Positions 19,348-29,290 of a stretch of DNA of 63,122 nucleotides are shown here, piece after piece. A program made the position numbers and the translations under genes. The notes beneath the pieces were generated by a model that saw only the letters and a program-made list of their open reading frames with translations, did not search any database and was not told the DNA's origin. Within the stretch, counting starts at the first letter, position 1. Each line of letters begins with the position of its first letter. Origin of the DNA: Bacillota bacterium (GTDB taxonomy: Bacteria; Bacillota; Clostridia; Acetivibrionales; DUMC01); NCBI GenBank assembly GCA_013314855.1, contig JABUEW010000003.1, positions 1 to 63,122 of the forward strand. The letters run 5' to 3'.

Positions 19348-21024
19348 ATGAAAAAAAGTATTGTTAAATTTATTTCGCTTACTGTCGCTTTACTACTTAT
19401 GACCTCTATATTCTTTGGATGCAGCGGTTATAAAGCTAAGGGAGGTCAACCTTCCAATGAGAACGCTGATATTGAAAAGGAAGCAAATTCATCAGATGGG
19501 ATGAGTAAAACTGAGCTTACTGCCTTGCCAATTGTTAAGGAACCTATTACTCTTACGTATTACACAGAGCTTGGGTCAAAAGCAGCGCATACAATGAAGA
19601 GTCATGCAGAAATGGCATGCTACAAAGAACTTGAAAAAAGAACCGGCATCAAAATTGAATTCATACATCCGCCAATGGGCCAGGAATCCGAACATTTCAA
19701 CCTTATGATAGCATCGAGAGATCTTCCTGATATAATTTATTGGAATTGGTTAGATTATCCAGGAGGACCAGAAAAAGCTATCAGCGATGGAATTATTATC
19801 AAATTAAATGAATATATGGACAAATATGCACCCAATCTAAAACAGGTATTTTCAGATTCGCCAGATGCTAGGAAACAAAGTATGTTAGATGACGGATCAT
19901 ATTATATGTTTCCATTTTTAAAAATTGATCCTTCATTGAAGGCAGGAGGACCGGTAATAAGGAAAGACTGGTTGGATAAGCTTAGTTTGTCCATACCAAA
20001 AACATTGGATGACTGGTACAACATGCTAAAGACATTTAAAGAAAAAGATCCTAACGGAAATGGTAAAACTGATGAAATTCCCTTGATAGCCCGGAAGGAA
20101 ATTGGCAGGTTGGAAGGCTTGACAAGTTTTACAGCACCTTTTGGAGTGGTTTTTGGATTCTACCAAGATGATGGGAAAATTAAATATGGTCCAATAGAAG
20201 AAGGGTACAAGCAATTTATCATTACTATGAACAAATGGTATAAGGAAGGACTATTGGATCGTGAATTTGCAGCAACTGATGAAAAGAGCTTTGATGCCAA
20301 ACTTACTTCAGAAAGGGCAGGCGCGTATATAGGAAGAATTGCCAATACTTTCGGAAGATATCTTACATTAATGAAAGATAAGAATTCATCATTTAATTTG
20401 ACAGGCGCTCCTTGGCCAATAGGTCCTGCAGGAAAGCCATATAATGTCCGCACAGATATGGTCTTAATATGTTACGGTCAGGGAGCTGCTATTTCAACCA
20501 AGAATGAGCATGTTATTGAATCTGTAAGGTGGCTGGATTATCATTATAGTCCCGATGGACATATGCTTATGAATTTTGGTATATTGGGAGAAAGCTATAT
20601 AATGGAAGGTGATTATCCTAAATATACCGATATAATAGTTAATAATCCCGAACTTGGAGCGACTGACGCTCTTGCAAAGTATGCCGTATCACAGTCTAGC
20701 GGACCTATTGTTCAGGATAAACGGTATTTTGAACAAATTCTTGTTTTCCCTCAACAGAAGGAGTGTATTGAATTATGGAATAGCGGTAGTGATACTTCTC
20801 TTCTTTTACCTCCTATCGCTCCTTCAATAGATGAAAGTGCGAAATTTGCATCTATAATGAGCGATATTGATACACTTGTTTCTGAAATGTTTACCAAATT
20901 CATAATGGGAGTGGAGCCAATTGATAAGTTTGAAGAGTATGTACAACAGATAAAGAAAATGGGTATTGATGAAGCAATAAAAATACAGCAGGCAGCATAT
21001 GACAGATATAATAACAGGAAATAG
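19348..21024 (+). CDS. Extracellular solute-binding lipoprotein (LplA-like)
   Basis: Signal peptide with lipobox FFGCSG, strong RBS aaaggagg, large SBP. Confidence 0.9.
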   Translation: MKKSIVKFISLTVALLLMTSIFFGCSGYKAKGGQPSNENADIEKEANSSDGMSKTELTALPIVKEPITLTYYTELGSKAAHTMKSHAEMACYKELEKRTGIKIEFIHPPMGQESEHFNLMIASRDLPDIIYWNWLDYPGGPEKAISDGIIIKLNEYMDKYAPNLKQVFSDSPDARKQSMLDDGSYYMFPFLKIDPSLKAGGPVIRKDWLDKLSLSIPKTLDDWYNMLKTFKEKDPNGNGKTDEIPLIARKEIGRLEGLTSFTAPFGVVFGFYQDDGKIKYGPIEEGYKQFIITMNKWYKEGLLDREFAATDEKSFDAKLTSERAGAYIGRIANTFGRYLTLMKDKNSSFNLTGAPWPIGPAGKPYNVRTDMVLICYGQGAAISTKNEHVIESVRWLDYHYSPDGHMLMNFGILGESYIMEGDYPKYTDIIVNNPELGATDALAKYAVSQSSGPIVQDKRYFEQILVFPQQKECIELWNSGSDTSLLLPPIAPSIDESAKFASIMSDIDTLVSEMFTKFIMGVEPIDKFEEYVQQIKKMGIDEAIKIQQAAYDRYNNRK

Positions 21025-21059
21025 TTTTGAACAAGGAAGTGTAAATAATAGTCCGGATT

Positions 21060-21097
21060 GGGATATGGAGATGATATTGAATATATCTTCATATCCC
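21060..21097 (+). terminator. Stem-loop after the SBP gene (intra-operon)
   Basis: gggatatggagat / atcttcatatccc forms a 13-bp stem with one G-U pair and a 12-nt loop. There is no T-run. Confidence 0.4.
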
Positions 21098-21160
21098 ATC
21101 CTGATTTGATATGACAGATTAAGGAATATAATATGTTCGAAAGGGGCTAAATAGATAAAT

Positions 21161-22108
21161 ATGGCTATTAGCAACAGAATATTGAGTCATAATATGAAAA
21201 GAGAATTATGTATAATCAAAAAGGACTATAATAAAAGAAAACTTGTTTACCTGATGCTCATGCCAGTACTTTCTTTTTACATCATTTTTCATTATTGGCC
21301 TATGTACGGCGCTATAATAGCATTTAAACAGTTTAGTCCTGGTAAAGGTATATTTGCTAGTCCATGGGTAGGATTTGAAAATTTTCAAGATTTCTTTAAT
21401 AGCTATTATTGCTGGAGACTTATACGAAATACATTATTAATAAATGTATATCAATTAATATTTGCATTCCCGGCACCGATTATATTTGCCTTTTTATTGA
21501 ATGAGGTTAAGGATGGCATATTCAAGCGAACTGTCCAAACAGTATCATATCTTCCGCACTTCATATCTTTAATTGTAGTATGTGGCATGCTGGTAGACTT
21601 TTTATCCATTGATGGAGTTGTTAACGATATTATAGAAATGTTTGGAGGGCAACGTATTTCACTACTTTTACAACCATCATGGTTTCGCGCAATATATGTT
21701 AGCTCGGGGATCTGGCAGCACATGGGATGGGATTCTATTATTTATTTAGCATCACTTTCATCTATAGATCCACAGCTCTATGAGGCCATAAAAATTGATG
21801 GAGGAGGGCGGCTAAGGCAGTTGTGGCATATATCCTTGCCCGGAATTGCTCCAACTATAATAATATTATTGATATTAAAAGCAGGACAGATGATGAATGT
21901 TGGATTTGAAAAGGTATTTCTGCTTTATAATCCGAATACATATGAAACGGCCGATGTAATATCTACATTCGTATATAGAAAAGGATTGCTTGAAATGAAT
22001 TTTAGCTATAGTGCAGCAGTAGGATTGTTTAACTCGGTTATAAATTTTGTCTTGCTTGTATTATCTAATAAAATAAGCAAGGTAACAACCGAAACAAGTT
22101 TGTGGTAG
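21161..22108 (+). CDS. CUT1-family sugar ABC permease (LplB-like)
   Basis: YEAIKIDGGGRLRQLWHISLP EAA loop. Paralogue of 3686-4645 and 35159-36100. Confidence 0.85.
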   Translation: MAISNRILSHNMKRELCIIKKDYNKRKLVYLMLMPVLSFYIIFHYWPMYGAIIAFKQFSPGKGIFASPWVGFENFQDFFNSYYCWRLIRNTLLINVYQLIFAFPAPIIFAFLLNEVKDGIFKRTVQTVSYLPHFISLIVVCGMLVDFLSIDGVVNDIIEMFGGQRISLLLQPSWFRAIYVSSGIWQHMGWDSIIYLASLSSIDPQLYEAIKIDGGGRLRQLWHISLPGIAPTIIILLILKAGQMMNVGFEKVFLLYNPNTYETADVISTFVYRKGLLEMNFSYSAAVGLFNSVINFVLLVLSNKISKVTTETSLW

Positions 22109-22123
22109 AGAGGAGGACTAGAT

Positions 22124-23011
22124 GTGCTGTCAGCTAGAGGAAAATCTGCTTCAGAGTTAATATTCGACACTTTCAATTATATTATTATGATAATGGTAAT
22201 GTTAGTTACTTTATATCCTGTTATGCATATTACTTTTGCGTCTTTAAGCAAGCCTGTGCTGGTAGTTCAACATTCCGGCCTTTTGCTTTATCCGAAGGGC
22301 TTTAATTTTGATGCATATATATCTGTATTTAAAAATCCGATGATCACTCTTGGATTTAGCAATACGCTTATTTATGTTATTTTTGGAACTATTGTGAATT
22401 TAATACTAACTTCACTGGGAGCATACGCTTTATCACGAAAAGACTTATATTGGAAAAATATTATCATGTTAATAATAGTATTTACAATGTTTTTTAGTGG
22501 TGGTTTGATTCCATTCTATCTTACTGTTACCCATTTAGGATTGCTCAACAAAAGACTTGCGCTTATAATTCCAAGTGCTATAAACACTACAAACCTCATA
22601 ATTATGCGTACCTCATTTAAAACAATTCCTGATGGTATTGAAGAATCAGCAACTATGGATGGTGCAAATGACTTTACTATTCTGTTTCGAATTGTTTTGC
22701 CGCTCTCTCTCCCTGTTGTGGCAGTAATGACACTATTTTATAGTGTCTCGCATTGGAATTCATGGTTTAACGCAATGATTTTTTTAAGAAATAGAGCGTT
22801 GTATCCTCTGCAATTGATTCTGAGAGAAATCCTTATTCTAAATAGTACTGAAAGTATGGTCACTGATATTTCTGCGACAGAGAAAGAACCTGTAAGCGAG
22901 ACAATCAAGTATGCCACAATTATGGTTTCAATAGTGCCAATAATGATGATTTATCCCTTCTTACAAAAATATTTTGTTAAAGGTATAATGATAGGCGCGC
23001 TAAAGGGTTGA
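22124..23011 (+). CDS. CUT1-family sugar ABC permease (LplC-like)
   Basis: RBS gaggagg + GTG. ESATMDGANDFTILFRIVLP EAA loop. C-terminus YPFLQKYFVKGIMIGALKG. Confidence 0.85.
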   Translation: MLSARGKSASELIFDTFNYIIMIMVMLVTLYPVMHITFASLSKPVLVVQHSGLLLYPKGFNFDAYISVFKNPMITLGFSNTLIYVIFGTIVNLILTSLGAYALSRKDLYWKNIIMLIIVFTMFFSGGLIPFYLTVTHLGLLNKRLALIIPSAINTTNLIIMRTSFKTIPDGIEESATMDGANDFTILFRIVLPLSLPVVAVMTLFYSVSHWNSWFNAMIFLRNRALYPLQLILREILILNSTESMVTDISATEKEPVSETIKYATIMVSIVPIMMIYPFLQKYFVKGIMIGALKG

Positions 23012-23053
23012 ATTATAAGTGCAAGGGAAGCTAAAATAATTTAGAATATACAA

Positions 23054-23130
23054 GAAATAATCCTTGAATTTTATAAACTATTCTGTAAAAAGTTAAAGAA
23101 ATGCATTCTTTTTTATTTTATAATTATTAT
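23054..23130 (+). repeat. 77-bp perfect direct repeat, right copy
   Basis: Identical to 16531-16607. Lies between the permease stop and the oxidoreductase gene. Confidence 0.85.
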
Positions 23131-23217
23131 GCTGTATTGATAATAATATAGCCAATGGATTTAAGGCGCTTAATCATGTTAATTGCGACATTAAATGCCG
23201 GGAGGAGGTTGAATTGA

Positions 23218-24243
23218 TTGAAAAAAAAGCCGTTGAAAATATGCCTTGTAGGTTGTGGAAGAGTAGCAAAAAGTCATATGGAGGGTGCTATGGAAGTCCC
23301 TGAGTATATTGAAGTTGTAGCTGTGGTAAATAAATCAATAAGTAAGGCTTTAGAATTTCAGAAGATCTATGGAGTAAAACATGCCTTTTCAAGTTTTGAA
23401 GAGGCAGTGGAATTTGTTGAGTTTGATGCGGTTGATCTGTGTCTTCCTAATTACCTTCACAAAGAATTTACCTTAAAAAGCGCAAATGCGGGAAAACATA
23501 TCCTTGTAGAAAAACCTATGGCAATTACTGTTGCTGAATGTGAGGAAATGATAAAAGCTGCAGAAGACAACAAGATTTCGCTAATGGTTGGGCAGAGTCG
23601 CAGATTCTATAATGCCGTTCTTGAATCAAAAAAGTTATTGGATAAAGGAGAAATAGGAGACTTAGTGAGTATAACCGGCCTACTCTTTGCATATCTTCCG
23701 AAGCCTCAAACTGAATGGTGGAAAGGGGTAACAAAAACAGGAGGATTATTAATACCTTTATGGGGAAACCATATTATTGATTATACTCTCTGGATGTTTA
23801 ATGAAAAGCCGTTAAGAGTTTATTGCGAAAGCTATTCGGTGAATCCGGAATGGGAGGGAGAAGATGAAGTAACTATAATTATTGGCTTTTCAGGCAACAG
23901 GCACGCCACGATAAAGATGTCCTGGAACACAAGGCTCAAGGATGAAGCGTGGGATGGAGCAGGAAAAATGCTATCCTCTTCAGACGTAATGTATAAAAGG
24001 TACATACAGGGCAAGGAAGGCACGTTGATATTAAATGATGAAACGTGCCTTATGAAAAATGGCAAGATTATATGGGAAAGCAAGCAGGAATTAAGCAATT
24101 TTGCCATACAGTACATTGAATTTGCAGAATCTATTCTTGAAAAAAGAGATGCAATGACATCAGGCAAAAAAATAATTGATGTAATAAGAGTACAGGAAGC
24201 TGCCTTAAAAAGCGCATCTTCCCATAGTGTTATATATTTATAA
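23218..24243 (+). CDS. Gfo/Idh/MocA-family NAD(P) oxidoreductase
   Basis: N-terminal Rossmann motif LKICLVGCGRVAKSH, and EKPMA in the expected position. Confidence 0.85.
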   Translation: MKKKPLKICLVGCGRVAKSHMEGAMEVPEYIEVVAVVNKSISKALEFQKIYGVKHAFSSFEEAVEFVEFDAVDLCLPNYLHKEFTLKSANAGKHILVEKPMAITVAECEEMIKAAEDNKISLMVGQSRRFYNAVLESKKLLDKGEIGDLVSITGLLFAYLPKPQTEWWKGVTKTGGLLIPLWGNHIIDYTLWMFNEKPLRVYCESYSVNPEWEGEDEVTIIIGFSGNRHATIKMSWNTRLKDEAWDGAGKMLSSSDVMYKRYIQGKEGTLILNDETCLMKNGKIIWESKQELSNFAIQYIEFAESILEKRDAMTSGKKIIDVIRVQEAALKSASSHSVIYL

Positions 24244-24335
24244 TACTGTTTATATATTATGTACTATTATAAATATTTTATTATGGAAAGTTTAAATAAA
24301 GTTTTAAATAAAAAAGAAGAAAGGATGATTTATTC

Positions 24336-26018
24336 GTGGCTCTTGAAATAGGCTTATCGGGACAAATGTTTGATAACTATACGATTTGGGATCATCTTAT
24401 GGCTGCGGCTGATTTCGGTTATAAAAGTGTCGAATTAAGAAGTACGCATGTAAATCCATCTTGTAATAAAGAAGAGCTTGATAAAATAAAGGAATTCCTT
24501 TTAATGAAGAAATTAAAGGTAGGCTGTCTTTCATGCTTTACCGGTAACTATGGTTTACTAACTGATGCAGAGTGTATTGGAGCCTTTAATGTATTCAAGG
24601 AATATATTAAACTTGCTGTATTTTTTGAGAGTGAAATGATAAGAGTATGGCCAGCGTGGCAAGAATCGAGCGCTGCGCCTCCGGAAATATGGGAAAGAGC
24701 AGCCAAATGGATGAAAAAATCATGTGAATATGCAGCTGAATACGGTAAAAAGCTTGTTATGGAAATGCATCATGGCACATTGTGCGACAGTGTTGATAGT
24801 AGTCTAAAGCTTTTAAACATGATTAACTGTGATAATGTCGGTGTTACTCTTGATCCGGTGAATTTATACCAGGTACCTGCTGATTATTCATATGAGTCAA
24901 TTAAAAAACTTGGAAGCAAAATATTTAATGTTCACATCAAAGATATTATAGAGCTTCCTTCTGATAGTTACCCATATTGTTTTAAATACTCGTATTATGT
25001 ACAACATATAGGAAGATTTACAAAAGTAATACCGCCGAAAAACAAACAGGAGAGATTTTTTTCCCATAGAAGGATCAATCATGGTGGGATTGATTGGAGA
25101 GAAGTGTTGACAGCTCTGAAGAAAATTAATTATACGGGTTATTTAATTGTCGAAAGTGTATGTGAGAATAATAAAGATATGCCATCAGGTAGAAAACTTG
25201 CAGAAGTATGTTATAAAGATGTTCTACAGGTTCAAGAAATCCGTCAGCCTAGGACAGAAGAATGGAAGGTACCATCTCCTAGTGTGGAAGGCTTTCACGA
25301 AGTTGTTTCTCCGAAAAAAACCAAATGTGAATATGCTTATATGTACAGACTTAATCTTCCCGAAAGAAAAGAATATATTTTGAACTCAGGTAAACTTGAA
25401 ATGAATGCTGTGCTTATAAATGGGAAATGCAGTATTAAATCTGATAAACTTGAGGAGTGTATGCATAAATTCGATAGTTTCTATATTCCCGGCAAAACAA
25501 GTATTAAGATAGCTGCTTTGGAAAATTGTACTTTTTACATAGGTGCTGCCGAATGCAATGGCATTGGCAAAGAATTTTTCAGAAAATATGAGAAAGAACT
25601 TCCTTTTGGAGAAATACGTCAGATACATGGCAACGGAATAAGTAAAAGGGAGGTCTATTTTACACTTAATCCGGAGATATCTGCTTCCCGCCTTATATGC
25701 GGAATAACTTGGGGAGGGAATGGATCATGGACGAGCTGGCCGCCTCACCAACACGGAGAATATTTGGAAGAAATTTACTGCTATTTTGATATGCCTCCAC
25801 CAGGATTTGGTATGCATCTTGTTTATTGCAAACCGGGAAGAACTGATGAAATTACAGTACATATTGTTAAAGATGGGGATGTGGTGATAATGCCATATGG
25901 ATATCATCCTACGGTTGCAGCGCCCGGAACGAGAAATACGTATTTTTGGATACTTGCTGCAAAAAAACCGGAATTTAGAAGATATGACCTTTCAGAACCT
26001 GATGAATGCTTTAAATGA
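24336..26018 (+). CDS. Fusion: xylose-isomerase-like TIM barrel + IolB/KduI-type cupin isomerase
   Basis: aa ~1-300 are AP_endonuc_2/TIM-barrel-like (GYKSVELRS..., MEMHHGT, HIKD, YLIVES). aa ~330-560 match IolB (GNGSWTSWPPHQHGEYLEEIYCYF...GFGMHLVY...MPYGYHP). Confidence 0.75.
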   Translation: MALEIGLSGQMFDNYTIWDHLMAAADFGYKSVELRSTHVNPSCNKEELDKIKEFLLMKKLKVGCLSCFTGNYGLLTDAECIGAFNVFKEYIKLAVFFESEMIRVWPAWQESSAAPPEIWERAAKWMKKSCEYAAEYGKKLVMEMHHGTLCDSVDSSLKLLNMINCDNVGVTLDPVNLYQVPADYSYESIKKLGSKIFNVHIKDIIELPSDSYPYCFKYSYYVQHIGRFTKVIPPKNKQERFFSHRRINHGGIDWREVLTALKKINYTGYLIVESVCENNKDMPSGRKLAEVCYKDVLQVQEIRQPRTEEWKVPSPSVEGFHEVVSPKKTKCEYAYMYRLNLPERKEYILNSGKLEMNAVLINGKCSIKSDKLEECMHKFDSFYIPGKTSIKIAALENCTFYIGAAECNGIGKEFFRKYEKELPFGEIRQIHGNGISKREVYFTLNPEISASRLICGITWGGNGSWTSWPPHQHGEYLEEIYCYFDMPPPGFGMHLVYCKPGRTDEITVHIVKDGDVVIMPYGYHPTVAAPGTRNTYFWILAAKKPEFRRYDLSEPDECFK

Positions 26019-26881
26019 AATCTGAAGGATGTGTATTTATGGAGTATTATTTATTTCCGAAATATTTTAACCATTTAAAAATAGAAGAACTGATGGAGCT
26101 ATGTGCAGAATATGAGATTAACGGCCCTACCGCGTTAATAAGGGATGGATACTGGCTTTCGCTGGACAACTTTATGCACGAGTTGCCGAATTATATCAAA
26201 GCTGCTGAAAAATACAAGCTCAAGGTGAAATATGCGGAAGTGCCGTATAGTATGCTGCATCTTATAGAAAACCCGGACATTCTTACAATTCTTTCCGAGA
26301 ATGGTATTCGTTTTGTACGTGTTGGTTATGTTAAAAGAAATACAACAGATGCAAGAAATCTGTATGAATTTACTAGAAGTTTAACGGAGAAAATTACAGA
26401 TGTCGCAGAAAAAAGTAATATTAAAGTAATTATTCAACTTCACGGCGGCTGTTATCCACATAACGCTACTTCAGCATACCCCCTTGTGAAGGGATTGGAT
26501 CCAAATTTTATTGGTATTAAAATTGACCCAGGAAACAATTATAACCAGGAAGGTTATGAAGATTTTGCATATCAGATAAGTTTACTAAATGAGTATATTG
26601 GAGCATTAGGAGCAAAAGATGCTTGCAGTTTGCGTATAACCAAATCCGAACAGGATGATAAAGGATGGAAAACATTTTTTGTACCAGCTTTCGAAGGACA
26701 AAGCAATTATAACAAAATATTTACTGAACTTAAAAAAATTGGCTATAATGGACCAATCATTTTAATGCCATTTTATGATACTGATAATTTTAACTTACTT
26801 TTAGCAAAATTCAAAAAGGAGGTTAATTATTTTAAAAATATAGAAAAGTTAACTTCAATTACAAATGAAGATAAAACCTGA
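26015..26881 (+). CDS. Sugar phosphate isomerase/epimerase-like TIM-barrel protein
   Basis: IQLHGG...IKIDPGN...GPIILMP pattern. ATGA overlap with the upstream stop. ATG 26039 (after aaggatg) is an alternative start. Confidence 0.65.
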   Translation: MKSEGCVFMEYYLFPKYFNHLKIEELMELCAEYEINGPTALIRDGYWLSLDNFMHELPNYIKAAEKYKLKVKYAEVPYSMLHLIENPDILTILSENGIRFVRVGYVKRNTTDARNLYEFTRSLTEKITDVAEKSNIKVIIQLHGGCYPHNATSAYPLVKGLDPNFIGIKIDPGNNYNQEGYEDFAYQISLLNEYIGALGAKDACSLRITKSEQDDKGWKTFFVPAFEGQSNYNKIFTELKKIGYNGPIILMPFYDTDNFNLLLAKFKKEVNYFKNIEKLTSITNEDKT

Positions 26882-26929
26882 ACAGGTTTATGCGAATGCT
26901 CTTCAAAATATTTGGAGGGGGTAAATTTG

Positions 26930-29290
26930 ATGATGTTAAAGTCAAAATATTTTTTAAGAATCTTCATATTTTCGAGTATAATAAGTATAATCCCCATTAT
27001 TTTGCTTAGCATATTTTTTTACAATAAAACCTCAGCCGCAATTCAGTCAAAAGTAAATGAGAACAACATGCAAATGTTGATGCAAACTCATTTAAGAATC
27101 GAAAATATGTTGAAAGTAATTGATCATAATTGCATACAGTTGATAAACTCAAGCACCCTCAAGAATTTGGTTGACAAGAATTGGGATCCCAAATATTATA
27201 AAGAGATTGACAATTTAATCAATGAGATGAGCCATTTGCAGGCAAGCGAAGTAAACATTGCCGACGTGATTGTTTTGAATTATGCAAAAAATTGGGCAAT
27301 AAACACTCCGGGATACTATTATTTGGATGAAAGTACCGCATTTGAAGCATATAGAAAGTTTCTGAACACTTCCGAGAATTACATGTGGACAATTAAGGAA
27401 GAGAATTATGAAAGCGTATTGTTCGGTGAAAATGAAACCAGTATGACAACTCAGGTTAGGAAGAAATATTTTATTAACCTTATACGTAAAATTAGAACAG
27501 CTTATAGGACTACAAATGGTTTATTGGTTGCCAAAATACCCCTAAATGAAATTATAAACAACCTAAAAAGCAAGGTAAATACAACTCATAATTTCATTAT
27601 ACTTGATCAAAATAATTATGTAATATGGCATAATGATGAAAGGTATGTAGGAGAAGATTTCAGTTTATCGGATTATGTTAGGAAGATTGATGCGCTAGGG
27701 ACTAAAGAGGGCAATTTCAATATAAAAGTACAAGATAAAAGTTTTGATATTATTTTTATAAAATCAAGCTATAGCGGGTGGTTATATTTCTTTATAACGC
27801 CTTTTAATTATATTGTAAGAGAATCAAAGATTATGGGTCTGTTTACAGCAGCAGTATGTTTTGCAGTTATAGTTTTACTAAGTATAGTTTCGTTTATTGG
27901 TTCCAGAAGAATATATTTTCCTGTAAAACGATTATATGAATTAATTACGGAAAAACCGCGAAATTTAAAAGAAGTAAAAGAAGATACGGACGAATTTAAG
28001 TGCATTAATAATCGTATCCGGGAACTAATGAGCAGCAAAAAGGATTTGACATATAAACTAAAACTGCAGTTTGAACAATTGAAAGAGTATTTTTTGCTAA
28101 AACTTGTTCTCGGCGAAATGAAAATAGAAGAAATTTTAGGCAAAGTCGAATATTTTGATTATTGCCAAAATTGGACCTGGATGTGCGTTGTCACAGTTGA
28201 TATTGATACTCTGGAGGGTACTTCATATACGGAAAAAGATAAAGAGATAGTTCTTTTTACTATTAATAATATTGTAAACGAAATTATGCCTGGCAATAAA
28301 TGCTTAAGTCCCCTGGTTGTCAATTCCTTGCAGGTAACAATTATAGGAACCGAACAAGATTCGAAGATAACATTTATGAACTATGTTTATTCATTGGCGG
28401 AGGCGCTGCAAAAGTCTATTGGAAATTACCTTGGCGTTAAGGTAAGCATAGGCATAAGCAGACCATTTGGCAAATTTGAAAGCGTAAATACAGCATATCA
28501 GGAAAGTATTGAAGCTTTAAAACATAAAATATTGCTTGGGCAGGAAATGATAATTTTTTATGATGATATCAGGAATAATTCAAAACAGGTTCCCGAATAT
28601 CCTGTTCAAATAGAATCGGATTTAATCAATGCATTGCAAGCAGGCGATATACAAAAAGCAAACCATTATCTTAAGCAGTTTATTAATGAAATCTTTGAAA
28701 GCAATTTAAATTACCTGGACTATCAAGTTCGCATAGGAAAGCTTCTAAGCGAGCTTGCATTTATTATAGTCAAAGAGGGAGAATCAATCCAAGCAATATA
28801 TAATAAACAAACTTTTTTGTATGGGAGGCTTGTCGAGTCAAAAACCAGAGAAGAACTTGAAACCTGGCTTAGGCATGAAATTATTGAACCCATTGCCAGG
28901 TTAATTAAAGAAAAAAGATCGGCGCATGGAAAGAAAATATCCGATGAAATAACAAAGATAATTCATAATGAGTTTGATACTGACCTAACGCTTGATATGT
29001 GCGCGAAACGTTTATACTACAGTCCGCAATATGTAAGCAGGGTTTTTTACAATGAGACAGGCATGAGTTTCAGCGAATATTTAAAGCAGTATCGAATTGA
29101 AATAGCAAAGAAATGGCTGGAACAAGGCAACATGAAAATATCCGATATAGCCGAGAGACTAAGATATGCAAATTCACAAAATTTTATTCGCTGTTTTAAG
29201 AAACATGTTGGTTTAACTCCCGGTGAATACCGTGAAAAATGTAAGAAAGCATTAATTGGAAATACAAATAAAGTGGTATATACTGCATGA
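26930..29290 (+). CDS. Membrane-anchored one-component regulator: extracellular sensor + AraC HTH
   Basis: Same architecture as 16761-19061, with C-terminal HTH (CAKRLYYSPQYVSRVFY...). Start moved to ATG 26930 after the RBS ggaggggg. Confidence 0.8.
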   Translation: MMLKSKYFLRIFIFSSIISIIPIILLSIFFYNKTSAAIQSKVNENNMQMLMQTHLRIENMLKVIDHNCIQLINSSTLKNLVDKNWDPKYYKEIDNLINEMSHLQASEVNIADVIVLNYAKNWAINTPGYYYLDESTAFEAYRKFLNTSENYMWTIKEENYESVLFGENETSMTTQVRKKYFINLIRKIRTAYRTTNGLLVAKIPLNEIINNLKSKVNTTHNFIILDQNNYVIWHNDERYVGEDFSLSDYVRKIDALGTKEGNFNIKVQDKSFDIIFIKSSYSGWLYFFITPFNYIVRESKIMGLFTAAVCFAVIVLLSIVSFIGSRRIYFPVKRLYELITEKPRNLKEVKEDTDEFKCINNRIRELMSSKKDLTYKLKLQFEQLKEYFLLKLVLGEMKIEEILGKVEYFDYCQNWTWMCVVTVDIDTLEGTSYTEKDKEIVLFTINNIVNEIMPGNKCLSPLVVNSLQVTIIGTEQDSKITFMNYVYSLAEALQKSIGNYLGVKVSIGISRPFGKFESVNTAYQESIEALKHKILLGQEMIIFYDDIRNNSKQVPEYPVQIESDLINALQAGDIQKANHYLKQFINEIFESNLNYLDYQVRIGKLLSELAFIIVKEGESIQAIYNKQTFLYGRLVESKTREELETWLRHEIIEPIARLIKEKRSAHGKKISDEITKIIHNEFDTDLTLDMCAKRLYYSPQYVSRVFYNETGMSFSEYLKQYRIEIAKKWLEQGNMKISDIAERLRYANSQNFIRCFKKHVGLTPGEYREKCKKALIGNTNKVVYTA

